Shown: positions 52,201-61,736 of the stretch, piece by piece
Layout: every line of letters starts with the position of its first letter
Position numbering within the stretch: the first letter of the stretch is position 1
IMG/VR virus record: IMGVR_UViG_3300037466_003849
Location: 8,122 to 72,121 of that record
Reading direction: 5' to 3' (one strand)
DNA from: a virus
Taxonomy: Duplodnaviria; Caudoviricetes
DNA length: 64,000 bases
The notes under the pieces: model-generated
The model's input: only the letters and a program-made list of their open reading frames with translations
Told to the model about the DNA's origin: nothing
The model's database searches: none
Translations under genes and position numbers: made by a program

Positions 52201-55047
52201 GAGCCGGTGGTGAATTCCATCGGAAAGGCCCTCGGCAAAGTCCGCGATTTCTTCGGAAATACGGTCTCGTGGGTCAAGACCGAGTGGGGAAAGCTGGAGT
52301 CGATCGCCTCGAAGCCGATTAAGTGGATCGTCGAGCACGTCTACGACGGCGGCATCCGGCCCGTCTGGAACAAGATCGACAGCGTCTTCGGTGGCCACCA
52401 CCAGCTCGCCTCGGTCAGCTTCAAGGCGGCCGGTGGCGGCGTCTGGACCGGGCCGGGCACGATCCCCGGCTACGCGCCAGGCATCGACAACGTCAACGCG
52501 ATCCTGTCGCCTGGCGAGTCCGTGCTCACGCCCGAGGCGTCCAAGGAGCTCGGCTACGGCACAATCGTGGAGCTCAATCGGAAGTCGGGGCGCCGGTCGG
52601 CCAACGATCAGATGGGCCAGCCCATTCGCGCGGCCGGTGGTTTCCTCGGGGATCTCGGCGGCTGGGTCGGTTCGGCCTGGGACGGCGTGAAGGATGCCGC
52701 AGGCTTCACCACGAAGCTGCTCGGCAACCCGGTCAACGCGGTCAAGTCGCTGTTCTCGAAGGTGATCGGCGAGACCAACGCCACTCCCGGCGATTCGTCG
52801 AAGTGGCGCACGATGCTCACCGACATCCCGAAGCACTTCGTGTCGCACGCGATCGAGACGGCCAAGGGCTGGATCGGCATGGGGCGCAAGGCCGTTGGCG
52901 GTGCCATGGCCAGCGTGCCGTGGGTCGGCAACGGCGATGTCGACGCCTGGATCGCGCAGGCCATGAGCATCACCGGCGTCGATGCGCACTGGGCTCCGCG
53001 GCTTCGCACCATCATCGGTCGCGAGTCGCGCGGCAACCCGAACGCCATCAACAACTGGGACAGCAACGCCGCGGCGGGAGATCCCTCGCGCGGCCTGATG
53101 CAGACCATCGGGTCGACGTTCCGGGCGTACCGCGATCCGCGATTGTCCGACAACATTTATGACCCGGTGTCGAACATCGTCGCAGGTATCCGGTACATCC
53201 AGGCCCGCTACGGCGACATCGACAACGTCCAGCAGGCGCACCCGGAATTGCCTCCCAAGGGCTACGCCGGTGGTGGTATCGAAAGCCCGGATCACCACCT
53301 GAGCGAGAAGCAGAAGGATGCGCAGTCCGGCCGCACGACGGCCTCGCCGAAGCTTCCCGGCCAGGTCGCTGGCGGCGACCGTACCGCGATCGAGCGCGCC
53401 TGGGCCTACATCAAGTCGGTGGCGGGCACGCCCTACGAACTCGGGCAGCTCGACTGCTCAATGTTCATGTCCGGCATCTACCAGGCGCTCCTCGGCCGCA
53501 ACACCGCGGTCCGCGCGTTCAACACGATGTCGGACTTCGCGGCGCTGGGCTTCCGGCGCGGCCTGGGCGGCATCTTCAACATCGGCGTCCTGGCCAAGCC
53601 GGGTGCCGCGGGGCACATGGCGGGCACCTTTGACGGCCAGAACGTCGAATCCGGTGGGGCGCACAACAATGTGGCCTACGGACCCGAGGCCGCTGGCGCC
53701 GCTGACGCGCAGTTCCCGGACAAGTGGTACCTGCCCGGCAGCCTGTTCTCGCCGCCGTACAAGGGCGAGGGCGCCAAGCCCACCGAGGGGCAGAGCCAGG
53801 CGAACAAGCTGCACACCAAGGCCCACAAGCTGCGCAGCTCGATCACCAAACTCCAGGGCGAGGAGAAGCGCGCCAACGACGCCGCCAAGACCCACGACGA
53901 CGCCGCCGCCAAGGCAGACGCCGACGCGGCGAAGTACGACGCCAAGGCCGCGACCCAGTTCCTGGAGGCCGACAAGAAGAAGGCGCAGGAGCAGGCACAG
54001 AAGGCGCGTGAGCGTGCCCAGCGAGCCCGTGCCGCGGCCCAGAAGGACCGCGACCGGGCGGGCATCTATCACCAGCGCGCCCAGGACGCCCAGGTGCAGG
54101 CCGACCAGGCCGACCAGGACGCCGGTGTCGCTTGGAAGTCGCCGAAGCAGCAGGGCAAGAAGGATGGAGAGAACTCCGATCCGAACCATTTGATCACGCC
54201 GAAGGAGGCGGCCGAGAAGGCCGCTGGCATCGCCGTGGACGGATTGTTCGAAACGTTCGGACTCCAGGACACGCTGTTCGCCGACCCGAACAAGAGCTAC
54301 CTGCTCCGTGTCGGTAACGCCGTCCTCAACCCCTTCGCGAAGGTGCCGCAGGATGACCAGAAGGATCAGGAGGACGCCGAGGGGAGCGAATCCAGCGACC
54401 CGACCGACCTCAGCGACACCGGACTCGACGACGACTCCTCGTCGGACTCGGGTGGTCTCGACGATTCGTCGGGTCTCGACGATATGGCCGGTGCCGACGA
54501 TTCATTGAATCCCGACACCGACACCAGCGACGAAGACAGCGACAGTCCGCCAGATCTACCCGACCCCGGTCCGGGTGATGTGCCGAACCAGGACGACAAC
54601 GATGGCGGCTGGGGTAAGCCCGCGGACAAGGACAAGAACAATCCGAGTCTGGGAGCCTTCCCGAAGCCAGACTGGCTGCCTGGGCCAGATGGCAGCACAA
54701 CGCCGCTCGCACCTGGCACTCCGCCCGCCAACGGCGGCTTGGCGCAGACGCTGATGGACCTCATCGGCGTCAAACCGCAGCTGCACGACAACGGCGGCCT
54801 GCTCCAGCCGGGTCTCACGCTCGTCAACAACGCCACCGGCGTGCCGGAGGCAGTGCTGGCGCCGCGCGAGAAGGCCAACCTCGAAACGATCGCCCGCGGC
54901 GGCGGCCACCCCTTCCTGGACGGCCACGCACCGCGGTCCTGGGTGCATATCGAACACCTGCACCAGGGCAGTAGCGAGGACGGTCACGACATCGGCCGCC
55001 GGATCGCCCGTGAGATGAACGCATATGCAGGAGGAGGTGCCAGGTGA
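49237..55047 (+). CDS. Tape measure protein with lytic transglycosylase and NlpC/P60-like domains
   Basis: 1936 aa; TP901-like core; IIGRESRGN...GLMQ SLT motif; GTPY...DCS...GHM peptidase-like motif. Confidence 0.95.
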   Translation: MSGNGVFFDVIPKLEMKIFEAQMGSATRRAETAANEMVRAISGHDYFAAPTTQLDRYVARMETQMRSANSIMDRTEERQIQAAERVEAAEKRKNAAIKNSEEVLAKTRDENSARYLRALATQTRAENELAAATREHSAASAAFVTAQRGHEEATRRQEEATVAAAGAMGRFGTAAANTTMAVGVGLAGAFAVGASRAADLEKGLNLLVTGAGESSKNLDGLRKGVLDLQAQWGTSANEQSKALLLIERAGYHGADALKVLTAGVQAAKAEGSDLSTVVDQLTTTMHDFAGSRVGNFAISLDNVNGVMSVGVETARLSKTTLEEYARAIGTVEETAKNAGMNISGLNAAFATMTQHGISAQNASQMLQHGIMTLQSPQGPQQAVLNQFGISTRQVQQWLADPDVQLGGAIENINKAIEKKTDKKTGIVHIDPNMVSIDAKAALAAQVQAMDPLQRAVVERFQGKGEVNGESFNKVLNSLQEGERKKLITWRSTYDNLTGFNKMLAKGQNPDMSVEQVMKMIYGDQVTTKDAMNLLDEDPQVGYRQTKEKLDLAARGIDPNKHVEGADQSQQSLRAQLADLRGALNTNLTDLGEATQGPLTKFVHMLVDAAQLLHGHSDALQWAGLGTMGLAAGLGVIKGGNALGNLFGYEKNAFGRKVGQGIGATVRGTGRGIAATTRGIGTGTNAAIAAARNARSSDTALYLQGAALNGMDAARNARDAARTRREHAAFLEEEERPSRFARAGRWGARAGVVAAPLALMALTAGAAHADDGSGGGGGMTDMAMMAMTALPALPMLGGAAKGVGKGASALGEGAKAGLEAISSAGKGAMTTLTGVTKSVTELPKLFKGVTSAVKDWTAVQWLLDAAMDANPIGIAVVAIAALTAGIIYAYNHSEKFREIVNGALSAVGNAFKSTYDGFVKPFFDDFKRIFSDVWDFAKNTFGFWKDLLTGDFSGAWDHAKTLVGDAVDGVKASLGVLGTAIHDVYSVTLEPVVNSIGKALGKVRDFFGNTVSWVKTEWGKLESIASKPIKWIVEHVYDGGIRPVWNKIDSVFGGHHQLASVSFKAAGGGVWTGPGTIPGYAPGIDNVNAILSPGESVLTPEASKELGYGTIVELNRKSGRRSANDQMGQPIRAAGGFLGDLGGWVGSAWDGVKDAAGFTTKLLGNPVNAVKSLFSKVIGETNATPGDSSKWRTMLTDIPKHFVSHAIETAKGWIGMGRKAVGGAMASVPWVGNGDVDAWIAQAMSITGVDAHWAPRLRTIIGRESRGNPNAINNWDSNAAAGDPSRGLMQTIGSTFRAYRDPRLSDNIYDPVSNIVAGIRYIQARYGDIDNVQQAHPELPPKGYAGGGIESPDHHLSEKQKDAQSGRTTASPKLPGQVAGGDRTAIERAWAYIKSVAGTPYELGQLDCSMFMSGIYQALLGRNTAVRAFNTMSDFAALGFRRGLGGIFNIGVLAKPGAAGHMAGTFDGQNVESGGAHNNVAYGPEAAGAADAQFPDKWYLPGSLFSPPYKGEGAKPTEGQSQANKLHTKAHKLRSSITKLQGEEKRANDAAKTHDDAAAKADADAAKYDAKAATQFLEADKKKAQEQAQKARERAQRARAAAQKDRDRAGIYHQRAQDAQVQADQADQDAGVAWKSPKQQGKKDGENSDPNHLITPKEAAEKAAGIAVDGLFETFGLQDTLFADPNKSYLLRVGNAVLNPFAKVPQDDQKDQEDAEGSESSDPTDLSDTGLDDDSSSDSGGLDDSSGLDDMAGADDSLNPDTDTSDEDSDSPPDLPDPGPGDVPNQDDNDGGWGKPADKDKNNPSLGAFPKPDWLPGPDGSTTPLAPGTPPANGGLAQTLMDLIGVKPQLHDNGGLLQPGLTLVNNATGVPEAVLAPREKANLETIARGGGHPFLDGHAPRSWVHIEHLHQGSSEDGHDIGRRIAREMNAYAGGGAR

Positions 55048-55970
55048 CCGCCTATACAGTGCCGAGCCCGCCGAACCTATGGCAGACCAATTCCCTTCTG
55101 GCCGACAACGAGTCGATCGTCGTCTGGATCGGTGCCGACGGTTCGCGGTGGCCACTGTCGGGCGGCCTGGCGACCATGCCCGGCGTGCAGCCCGGCGTCG
55201 TTCTTCAGAGCGTCGCCGGGCTGCTGGGCAGCTTCAAACACTTGGATCAGCAAGGCGCCCGGCAGGACGGTGTCACCTACGAGGACACCGTCTGGGACCC
55301 CACCGAGGTCGACCTTGGCATCAATATCTCCGGCCGGACGCCGCGCGAGTTCCGCCTCACGATGCACAACTGGATCGACTCCTGGGACACCCGCACCACC
55401 GGGCGCCTGTCGTGGTTCACGCGCGAGTTCGGCGAGTGGTGGATCGACCTGCGCGCCCAGAAGCTGCCCGCCTCGGTGTTGAAGCTGGCGCCCGCTGGGG
55501 TGACCACCTGGGACACGAATTGGGTTGCGCGCGCCGACTTCCCGTTCTGGAGCTCGACCGATTCGGTGTCCCAGCTGGTCGCGATCAACCCCATCACGCT
55601 CGTCGACCCGGCGGGGATCAACCCCGCGGGCTGGCTCCCGTTGTGGAACAGGGGCGATCAGGACGGCTGGCCGACGCACATCCTCCAAGGGCCTGGCACC
55701 TTCACGATGGGCGACGGCGTCAGCTCGAATCAGATCGTCTTCGGGCCGGTGCCCGCGGGTGTGCAGGTGCAGATCGTCACCCTGCCGCGTATCCGCACCA
55801 TCCAGGAAATCAACACCGGCGCAAACCTTTACGACCTGCTCCAAGGGCGCTTCACCGTCCCGATCCCGCGGGGCCAGGCGGTGCACATCGCGTGCTCGGT
55901 CACCGGCGCCCAGGCCGGTCTGACAAAGATCATTTCGACGCTGACTCCGTACCGTCGCTACCCGGAGTGA
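55044..55970 (+). CDS. Distal tail protein (Dit-like minor tail)
   Basis: Follows the tape measure gene; GVVLQ...GLLG; WNRGDQDGWP. Confidence 0.85.
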   Translation: MTAYTVPSPPNLWQTNSLLADNESIVVWIGADGSRWPLSGGLATMPGVQPGVVLQSVAGLLGSFKHLDQQGARQDGVTYEDTVWDPTEVDLGINISGRTPREFRLTMHNWIDSWDTRTTGRLSWFTREFGEWWIDLRAQKLPASVLKLAPAGVTTWDTNWVARADFPFWSSTDSVSQLVAINPITLVDPAGINPAGWLPLWNRGDQDGWPTHILQGPGTFTMGDGVSSNQIVFGPVPAGVQVQIVTLPRIRTIQEINTGANLYDLLQGRFTVPIPRGQAVHIACSVTGAQAGLTKIISTLTPYRRYPE

Positions 55971-56556
55971 CCGTCGGCGTGGTACGGTCCCGGATACAAG
56001 TCGGCCCCGGTCGGTGTTGGTAGCACCTTCCAGGGCCTGGGCGGAATCTGGGCCTTAGAACCTAGCAGACTCGCGCCGTAGGGAGCACCCTACCAACGAT
56101 TCTGGCAGTTTTGCCACCTTCCCCCACCTTGGTCGCTGCGCCCGTAGGCACCAACACGGGTGACACGCCTTGCCCGCGTGGTCGTCGCCCGTCAGATGGG
56201 CCACTGCACCAATTCCGATGACACAGAGTCGCGCGTAAAGGCGGACTCGGAGTGCTCCGGCGTGGCTGCCGGACGGACCATGGGCGGCACCCGGATTCCC
56301 CGAGCTCTGCGCCCATGGCCGGACTCTGTGCAGTATCCCAGTCCCGGCAGGCCGAGTAATCCCCGTGCCTGCGTGCATACCAAGCGACCGTAGCGACCAA
56401 CCGACCGGCGTGACACGCGTCAAGGGTGCATCCGTACTTCGCGGTACCGGGGTGCCCCTGCGCTTCCCTTCGCTTCCCGCTCTCCCAGCGTAAGCCCTTC
56501 CAGCCGGTCACGGCTGCGAATAGCGCTGCGCTACAACTTAATTCGCAGGGGGTCAG
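55971..56556. ncRNA. Candidate large structured non-coding RNA / regulatory element
   Basis: 586-bp gap in an otherwise overlapping operon, with no credible ORF and many nested inverted repeats (see findings). Confidence 0.5.
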
Positions 56557-58185
56557 TTGCTAGACCTCGATACCCTCGACGCCCGCAAGGTTCGCCGCGC
56601 GGCCGAGCTCGCTCTCAAGCAGAAGGCCGACACCGAGGCCATCGGCAAGCCGAAGTTCCTGATCGAGATCTTCGACAACGTCTACGGCAAACAGGGCGAG
56701 ATCACCGACTACATCAGCACGACCGTCACCTGGAAGAAGAACGCGGCCTCGGGCGGCACGATCGTCCTCAAGGGCTCCGACGCCTGGGGCGAGTACGCCC
56801 GGCGGTGCCGGACGACCGTCGTGCCGATCATCATCACCGTCAACGGGTACAGGTGGACCGGCCGCGTCGACACCGCCTCCTGGGACCTGGTCGACGGCGT
56901 CGCGACCTACACACTGCAATTGATCAGCGATTGGCAGTGGTTCCACCGGGTGCTCGTATGGCCCAATTTTGCGTTCCCGATCGAATTCCAGTGGCCGAAA
57001 GAGGCCATATACATCGGTCCGGCCTGCACTGTCCTCGCCACGATGACATTCGAGCAAGCAATTCGATTGCAATTCGGCCTCTGGGAAATCGTCAACAATA
57101 TCCTCAATCCGGCCGCCTGGTTCGCCTCGGCAATGATGAAAGAGGGCCTGCTCACGCCGCTCGCGGTGGTGCCGGTCAATCCATTGACCGACACCTCGAA
57201 ATGGGTGGCGATATCGGGCCGGATGGATTCGATCGCGACGCTGGCCGAGCAGGTGTGCAAGGACAACGGCATCGACATGTCGGCGACCGCATGGTTGCCC
57301 GGCGACGAGCAGCCCGCGCCCGATTGGTACACCCTCACCGACGCGTGCATCGTCATCCGCTTCGTCGACAAATCCGGCGTCACCGGCCCGACGGGCACGA
57401 TTATCGACGGCCTGATAAAGGACGCGGTCGATATCGCGGACTCGGTACTCGGCGAGGTCCTGGACCCGCTCGCGGACTCCGAATACCGGCCCGAGGGCAT
57501 CAACCTCGCCCCGGCGCTCGGCGTCAACTGGCAGCGCCCGTGGACGGTCCTGCTCCCGGATGTGCCCAGGTCAGGACTCAAAGAGTGCCACATCACCGAG
57601 CATCACCCGCTGGCCTACACGGTCATCGGCGGCGGCCGATCGCCGCAGTGGGTCAACCAGCTCATCGACGTGATTATCGAGACGTTGATGTCGCAGTTGC
57701 TCATGGCACTCGGCGCCTCCGGTATCGCTCCGACACTTCTCGACGGATTCCTGGACAACGTCGTGCTCGCATTCCAGGAAGTCGAGAACGCGGCCCGGCG
57801 ATACAAACTCGGCCCATTCGGATTCCCGGAATATTTCACCGGCACCGGTTCTACGGCGTATACCCTGGACGAATTTTTCGCTCTCGAAATAGCGATGTGG
57901 GAAACCCGTGGTTATTCGAGCTGCCAGGCGGTGATGTACGACTCGGTGCCATACAGCCTGGGACGGGACTATCAGCACGGCGACCTCATGTCGTGGATTC
58001 ACGAGGGAATGCTCTACACGGACTACATCACCGAAATCACCGCCACCGACGATCGCAACAAGCGCGTCGAGGTGCTGACGAAAATCGGTGACGGCAGCGC
58101 GCAGGAAAGCCCGTGGGCGAAACTCCAGCGCCGCCTCCAGGCCGCCGAGAACGCCATGCAGATCGCCCTTCTCAGCTCGAACTAA
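56557..58185 (+). CDS. Minor tail protein (Tal/baseplate hub-like)
   Basis: AGGGGG RBS plus TTG; YRWTGRV; GGRSPQWVNQLI; synteny. Confidence 0.85.
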   Translation: MLDLDTLDARKVRRAAELALKQKADTEAIGKPKFLIEIFDNVYGKQGEITDYISTTVTWKKNAASGGTIVLKGSDAWGEYARRCRTTVVPIIITVNGYRWTGRVDTASWDLVDGVATYTLQLISDWQWFHRVLVWPNFAFPIEFQWPKEAIYIGPACTVLATMTFEQAIRLQFGLWEIVNNILNPAAWFASAMMKEGLLTPLAVVPVNPLTDTSKWVAISGRMDSIATLAEQVCKDNGIDMSATAWLPGDEQPAPDWYTLTDACIVIRFVDKSGVTGPTGTIIDGLIKDAVDIADSVLGEVLDPLADSEYRPEGINLAPALGVNWQRPWTVLLPDVPRSGLKECHITEHHPLAYTVIGGGRSPQWVNQLIDVIIETLMSQLLMALGASGIAPTLLDGFLDNVVLAFQEVENAARRYKLGPFGFPEYFTGTGSTAYTLDEFFALEIAMWETRGYSSCQAVMYDSVPYSLGRDYQHGDLMSWIHEGMLYTDYITEITATDDRNKRVEVLTKIGDGSAQESPWAKLQRRLQAAENAMQIALLSSN

Positions 58186-58199
58186 GACGGCGGTAATTC

Positions 58200-59048
58200 A
58201 TGCCTTACACAGTCAATTCCGACGGCAGTATCACCTGGCAGGGCACCGTCACCTTCTCGGCGTCCTCCGACCCCTTCGCCACCGGCGTCGCCACCCTGAC
58301 GCTGACGCCCTCCGGCGGCGTGAGCAACCTGCCCGCGCTGGTCAACGGCGACCCCGGCCTGCCGCCGACGTTCCGCAACGTGACCGTTCACCAAGTCGCC
58401 TACGGCACAACGCCTCCCGCGTCGACATCGACTCTGGTGTCGCCGGGCGGGCCGGGCGTCGCCTCGGTGTACGACCTGGATCTCTACGTCAACTCCGGCC
58501 AGCAGGGCGCCGCGGGCACCAACGCCGCGGTGCTGGCGGCCTCCGACGTGGTCGTCACCGGCATCGCCGACGGCTGGACGCTGGTCTACAACGCCAGCAC
58601 GTCGAAACTCGTTGCCCAGCAGCCCAAGCGCGTCATCGGCCCGTTCATCTCGAGCTCGATCACGGCCTACAACGGCAACGCCGCGAGCACCACCGTCGCC
58701 TCGATCGGCGTCCCGGCCCAGCCATGGGCCTGGCGCCCGCGCGTGCACGCGCACTTCTACGTGACCGGCACCGCCAACACCCACATCGACGCCCTGGTCC
58801 GGCTCAACGATCCCAGCGCGGGCGACATCGTCGGCATGGCGCTGGGGCTCACCGGCGCCGTCAGCGACCGCCTGATCGTCGGCCAGCACTTCGGCGCGGC
58901 CGTCTCGGGCACCAGCACCTACGGCCAGGTCGCCGCGGGCGCCAGCGCGACGCTGTACCTGCTCGCCAGCCAGACCGCCTCCACCTCCGACAACTGGCAG
59001 ACGCTGGCCACCAACGGCCAGTTCGTGGTCGAAGTGATACCGAGCTGA
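58200..59048 (+). CDS. Minor tail protein
   Basis: PALVNGDPG; PWAWRPRVHA; synteny. Confidence 0.8.
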   Translation: MPYTVNSDGSITWQGTVTFSASSDPFATGVATLTLTPSGGVSNLPALVNGDPGLPPTFRNVTVHQVAYGTTPPASTSTLVSPGGPGVASVYDLDLYVNSGQQGAAGTNAAVLAASDVVVTGIADGWTLVYNASTSKLVAQQPKRVIGPFISSSITAYNGNAASTTVASIGVPAQPWAWRPRVHAHFYVTGTANTHIDALVRLNDPSAGDIVGMALGLTGAVSDRLIVGQHFGAAVSGTSTYGQVAAGASATLYLLASQTASTSDNWQTLATNGQFVVEVIPS

Positions 59049-60106
59049 TGGCGCTGTCACCGCTGTTCATCGACGCCTTCGGCGAGGCGGCGATGGACCT
59101 CATCGGCGCGCAGGTATGCGACTTCATCACCGGCGCCACCGGCGGCTGGATCAACCTGTCCACCTGGTCGGCGCAGTTGCGCAGCGACGCCACCACCGCG
59201 TTCAACAACGCCGCGGCGGCCCAGGCCAACGTCTCCACGATCGCCACCGGCGTCACCGGCAACATCACCGGCTCCACGGCATCGTCGAACGCCAACGATG
59301 TCGGCACTTCGGTGGCGGTGCTCAACAACACGGTGCAGGCCAGCAGCCAGCCGCCGCAGACCGTCATCGTCACCACGACGCAGAATGTGAACATCCCGAC
59401 CGGCTGCCGGTCGGTGGTCATGAATATTTTCGGCGCTGGCGGCGGCGGCGCGCGCGGCAACTCGGTCTCCGGCTCCGGCCTGGCCGGGGGCGGCGGCGGG
59501 GTCGGCGGCTGGCAGAAGAACATCAGCCTGCCCGCGTACGCCCTGACCTCCACCCTGCACTGCGTCGTCGGCATCGCGGGCCAGGGCGGCACCCTCGACA
59601 ACCACGCCGGATCGGCCGGTGGCGACTCCTACGTCGCCTCCAGCGACGGCTCGACCGTCTACTGCCGCGCCACCGGCGGCGGCGGCGGCCTGCCCCAGAG
59701 CTCCGGCAGTTCCAACCCGGACTTCGGCCCGCTCACCGGCGCGGCCGGATCGGGCAACGGCGTCTCCGACCTGCCCGGCAAGAGTGCTGGCCATGGCGGC
59801 ATCTACAACCTCGCCGCGGCCACAGCCGGTGCTGGCGGCCTCAACGTCAACGGCGGCGCCGCGGGCGCCCAGGGCGGCAATCCTGGCCTCGACGGCTCCG
59901 ACGACACCTCCACCTTGATCCCCGGCAACGGCGGCTCCGGTGGTGGCGGCGGCTCCGGCGGCGGCTCCGGTGACGGCGGCCATGGCGGCAAGGGCGGCCA
60001 TCCCGGCGGCGCTGGCGGCGGCGGGGGAGCGTTCTACGCCTTCGGCTCCAACGGCAACGGGGCCGATGCGGCCGACGGAGAGATCTGGCTGACTTTCGTT
60101 TTCTGA
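59048..60106 (+). CDS. Minor tail protein with glycine-rich C-terminal domain
   Basis: FGAGGGG...GGGGG; ends GADAADGEIWLTFVF. Confidence 0.8.
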   Translation: MALSPLFIDAFGEAAMDLIGAQVCDFITGATGGWINLSTWSAQLRSDATTAFNNAAAAQANVSTIATGVTGNITGSTASSNANDVGTSVAVLNNTVQASSQPPQTVIVTTTQNVNIPTGCRSVVMNIFGAGGGGARGNSVSGSGLAGGGGGVGGWQKNISLPAYALTSTLHCVVGIAGQGGTLDNHAGSAGGDSYVASSDGSTVYCRATGGGGGLPQSSGSSNPDFGPLTGAAGSGNGVSDLPGKSAGHGGIYNLAAATAGAGGLNVNGGAAGAQGGNPGLDGSDDTSTLIPGNGGSGGGGGSGGGSGDGGHGGKGGHPGGAGGGGGAFYAFGSNGNGADAADGEIWLTFVF

Positions 60107-60119
60107 CAAGGGATTTCGC

Positions 60120-60392
60120 ATGGTTTACATGCCGGACTGGCACTGCCCGACCTGCAAGCGGTTCTCCATCCTCGGCGGTGCCGACGTGGCGCAGTCGAAC
60201 TTCGACAAGCAGCAACAGCGCATCGCCGAGCACACCAAGCTGCACACCGCGCAGCTGGCCGAACACGACGGCGATCACGAGGCGCTGAAGCTGCGCATCC
60301 AGACCCCGGCCCTGCACGCCGCACTGGCGGCGATGCCTGTGCCCGAACCCGACACCGAGGAGGTACCCGATGACGGACTCACTTTGGAGTGA
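60120..60392 (+). CDS. Small hypothetical protein
   Basis: AAGGGA RBS; HCPTC. Confidence 0.6.
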   Translation: MVYMPDWHCPTCKRFSILGGADVAQSNFDKQQQRIAEHTKLHTAQLAEHDGDHEALKLRIQTPALHAALAAMPVPEPDTEEVPDDGLTLE

Positions 60393-61305
60393 CGTATCGG
60401 AATGGCAAGCGCCAGTGGACGATTCGTACCCCTACGAGGTCCTGGCCATCCGCGCCGACGACGGCACCTACGTCGACCGCGTCTTCAACCACAACTACGC
60501 CTGGGGTTGCAACGCCCTGGACTCCGGCCGCCTCCAGGCGCTGCTGATCTACTCGGTCTACCGGCCGAACTGGGGCGAGACCGTCGACACGCTCAAGCGC
60601 ACCGTCGGCGACCCGCACCAGGGCACCGCGTTCATGATCGACGCGGAGAGCTGGGGCGGCCAGATCCGGGGCGACAACTCCGACGGCCTCAACCACATGT
60701 ACTGGGGGATCACCGACTGGCTGGGCACCTCCGGCCGCCAAGGCCCGCGGCGCGTCTGCGGCTACGGCAACGTGAGCGACCTCAACGAGCTGTGGCCGAC
60801 CCGGCCGGACCACTGCCCGCTCATCATCGCCGCCTACGGCAGCAATTCCGACTACCCCGACAAGTTGGGGCACCAGTTCACCGACGGCGTCTACGGCGGC
60901 CCGATCTACGTGCCGCCCTTCGGCATGGCCGACGTGAACAGCGCCGACGGCTACGACGCAGCTGCGCTCAAAGCCGCCCTCGGCATCACCTTCGACCCCG
61001 CCGCACCGACCGCCCCAGGAGGCATCATGGCGACCCTCGACCAGGACGACATCAACGCCATCACGGCCAGCGTGACCAAGTGGCTCGCCGACTACATCGC
61101 CGGTTTCGTCGGCCCGATCGGCCACGACGTGAAGCGCGTCGCCGATGCCCTCGGCCTGGCGCGCGACGATGCCGGATTCGACGCCAAGGCGCCCGGCAAG
61201 CCGCAGGGCGGCAATCGGTCCCTCTACGACCTGATCGCCGCGCAGGCCAACCGCGCGGGCGTGCCCGGCACCACCGACACCAACCCGACGGGAGCTGCGC
61301 AGTGA
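60370..61305 (+). CDS. Endolysin (Lysin A, GH25-like muramidase)
   Basis: WSDVSEWQ, MIDAESWGGQI, GYGN, HQFTDG, ADVNSADG. Confidence 0.85.
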   Translation: MTDSLWSDVSEWQAPVDDSYPYEVLAIRADDGTYVDRVFNHNYAWGCNALDSGRLQALLIYSVYRPNWGETVDTLKRTVGDPHQGTAFMIDAESWGGQIRGDNSDGLNHMYWGITDWLGTSGRQGPRRVCGYGNVSDLNELWPTRPDHCPLIIAAYGSNSDYPDKLGHQFTDGVYGGPIYVPPFGMADVNSADGYDAAALKAALGITFDPAAPTAPGGIMATLDQDDINAITASVTKWLADYIAGFVGPIGHDVKRVADALGLARDDAGFDAKAPGKPQGGNRSLYDLIAAQANRAGVPGTTDTNPTGAAQ

Positions 61306-61736
61306 ACATCTCCCCCTACTACAAGGCCGTCATCGCTGGCGTCTCCCAGATCGGCATCGCCGTCACCGGCGTCGTCTCGCTCGCCGAGCTCGTGCCCGGC
61401 GACAACGCCGTGGCCGCAACGGTCGTCGGCGTCGGCATGAGCGCTCTCGCCATCCTCGGCACCGTCGGCACCTTCCTGGTCCGCAACGAGCCCGCCATCG
61501 AGACCGCGGTCAACGAGGGCGTGGCGGCCGGTGAGGACGTGTGGCGCGAGCTCCGCGCGATCAAGGACCACCAGGCGCGCACGCCGACCCCGCTCGTCGA
61601 GCCGTACAAGGCCGTCGCCCCCACCGCGCAGCCCGTCAGCACCGCCCCGGCCGTCACGCCGATCAACGTGGCCGTGTCGGCGGCCACCGCGGTCGAAGAC
61701 GTTGCCGCCGCGCTAGCCCGCTACGGCGTTCGGTGA
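61302..61736 (+). CDS. Holin
   Basis: Two TM helices; SPYYKAVIAG; directly after the lysin. Confidence 0.75.
   Translation: MNISPYYKAVIAGVSQIGIAVTGVVSLAELVPGDNAVAATVVGVGMSALAILGTVGTFLVRNEPAIETAVNEGVAAGEDVWRELRAIKDHQARTPTPLVEPYKAVAPTAQPVSTAPAVTPINVAVSAATAVEDVAAALARYGVR

Noticed and set aside
56062-56511. 149-aa minus-strand ORF in the tail operon gap
   Set aside because: No RBS, atypical composition and codon use, and no recognisable motifs.
55971-56556. Group II or group I intron, tmRNA, RNase P
   Set aside because: No GTGCG 5' end or convincing domain V, the flanking genes are not interrupted, and no tRNA-like ends or GAGGAAAGTCC motif were seen by eye. A covariance search is still needed.
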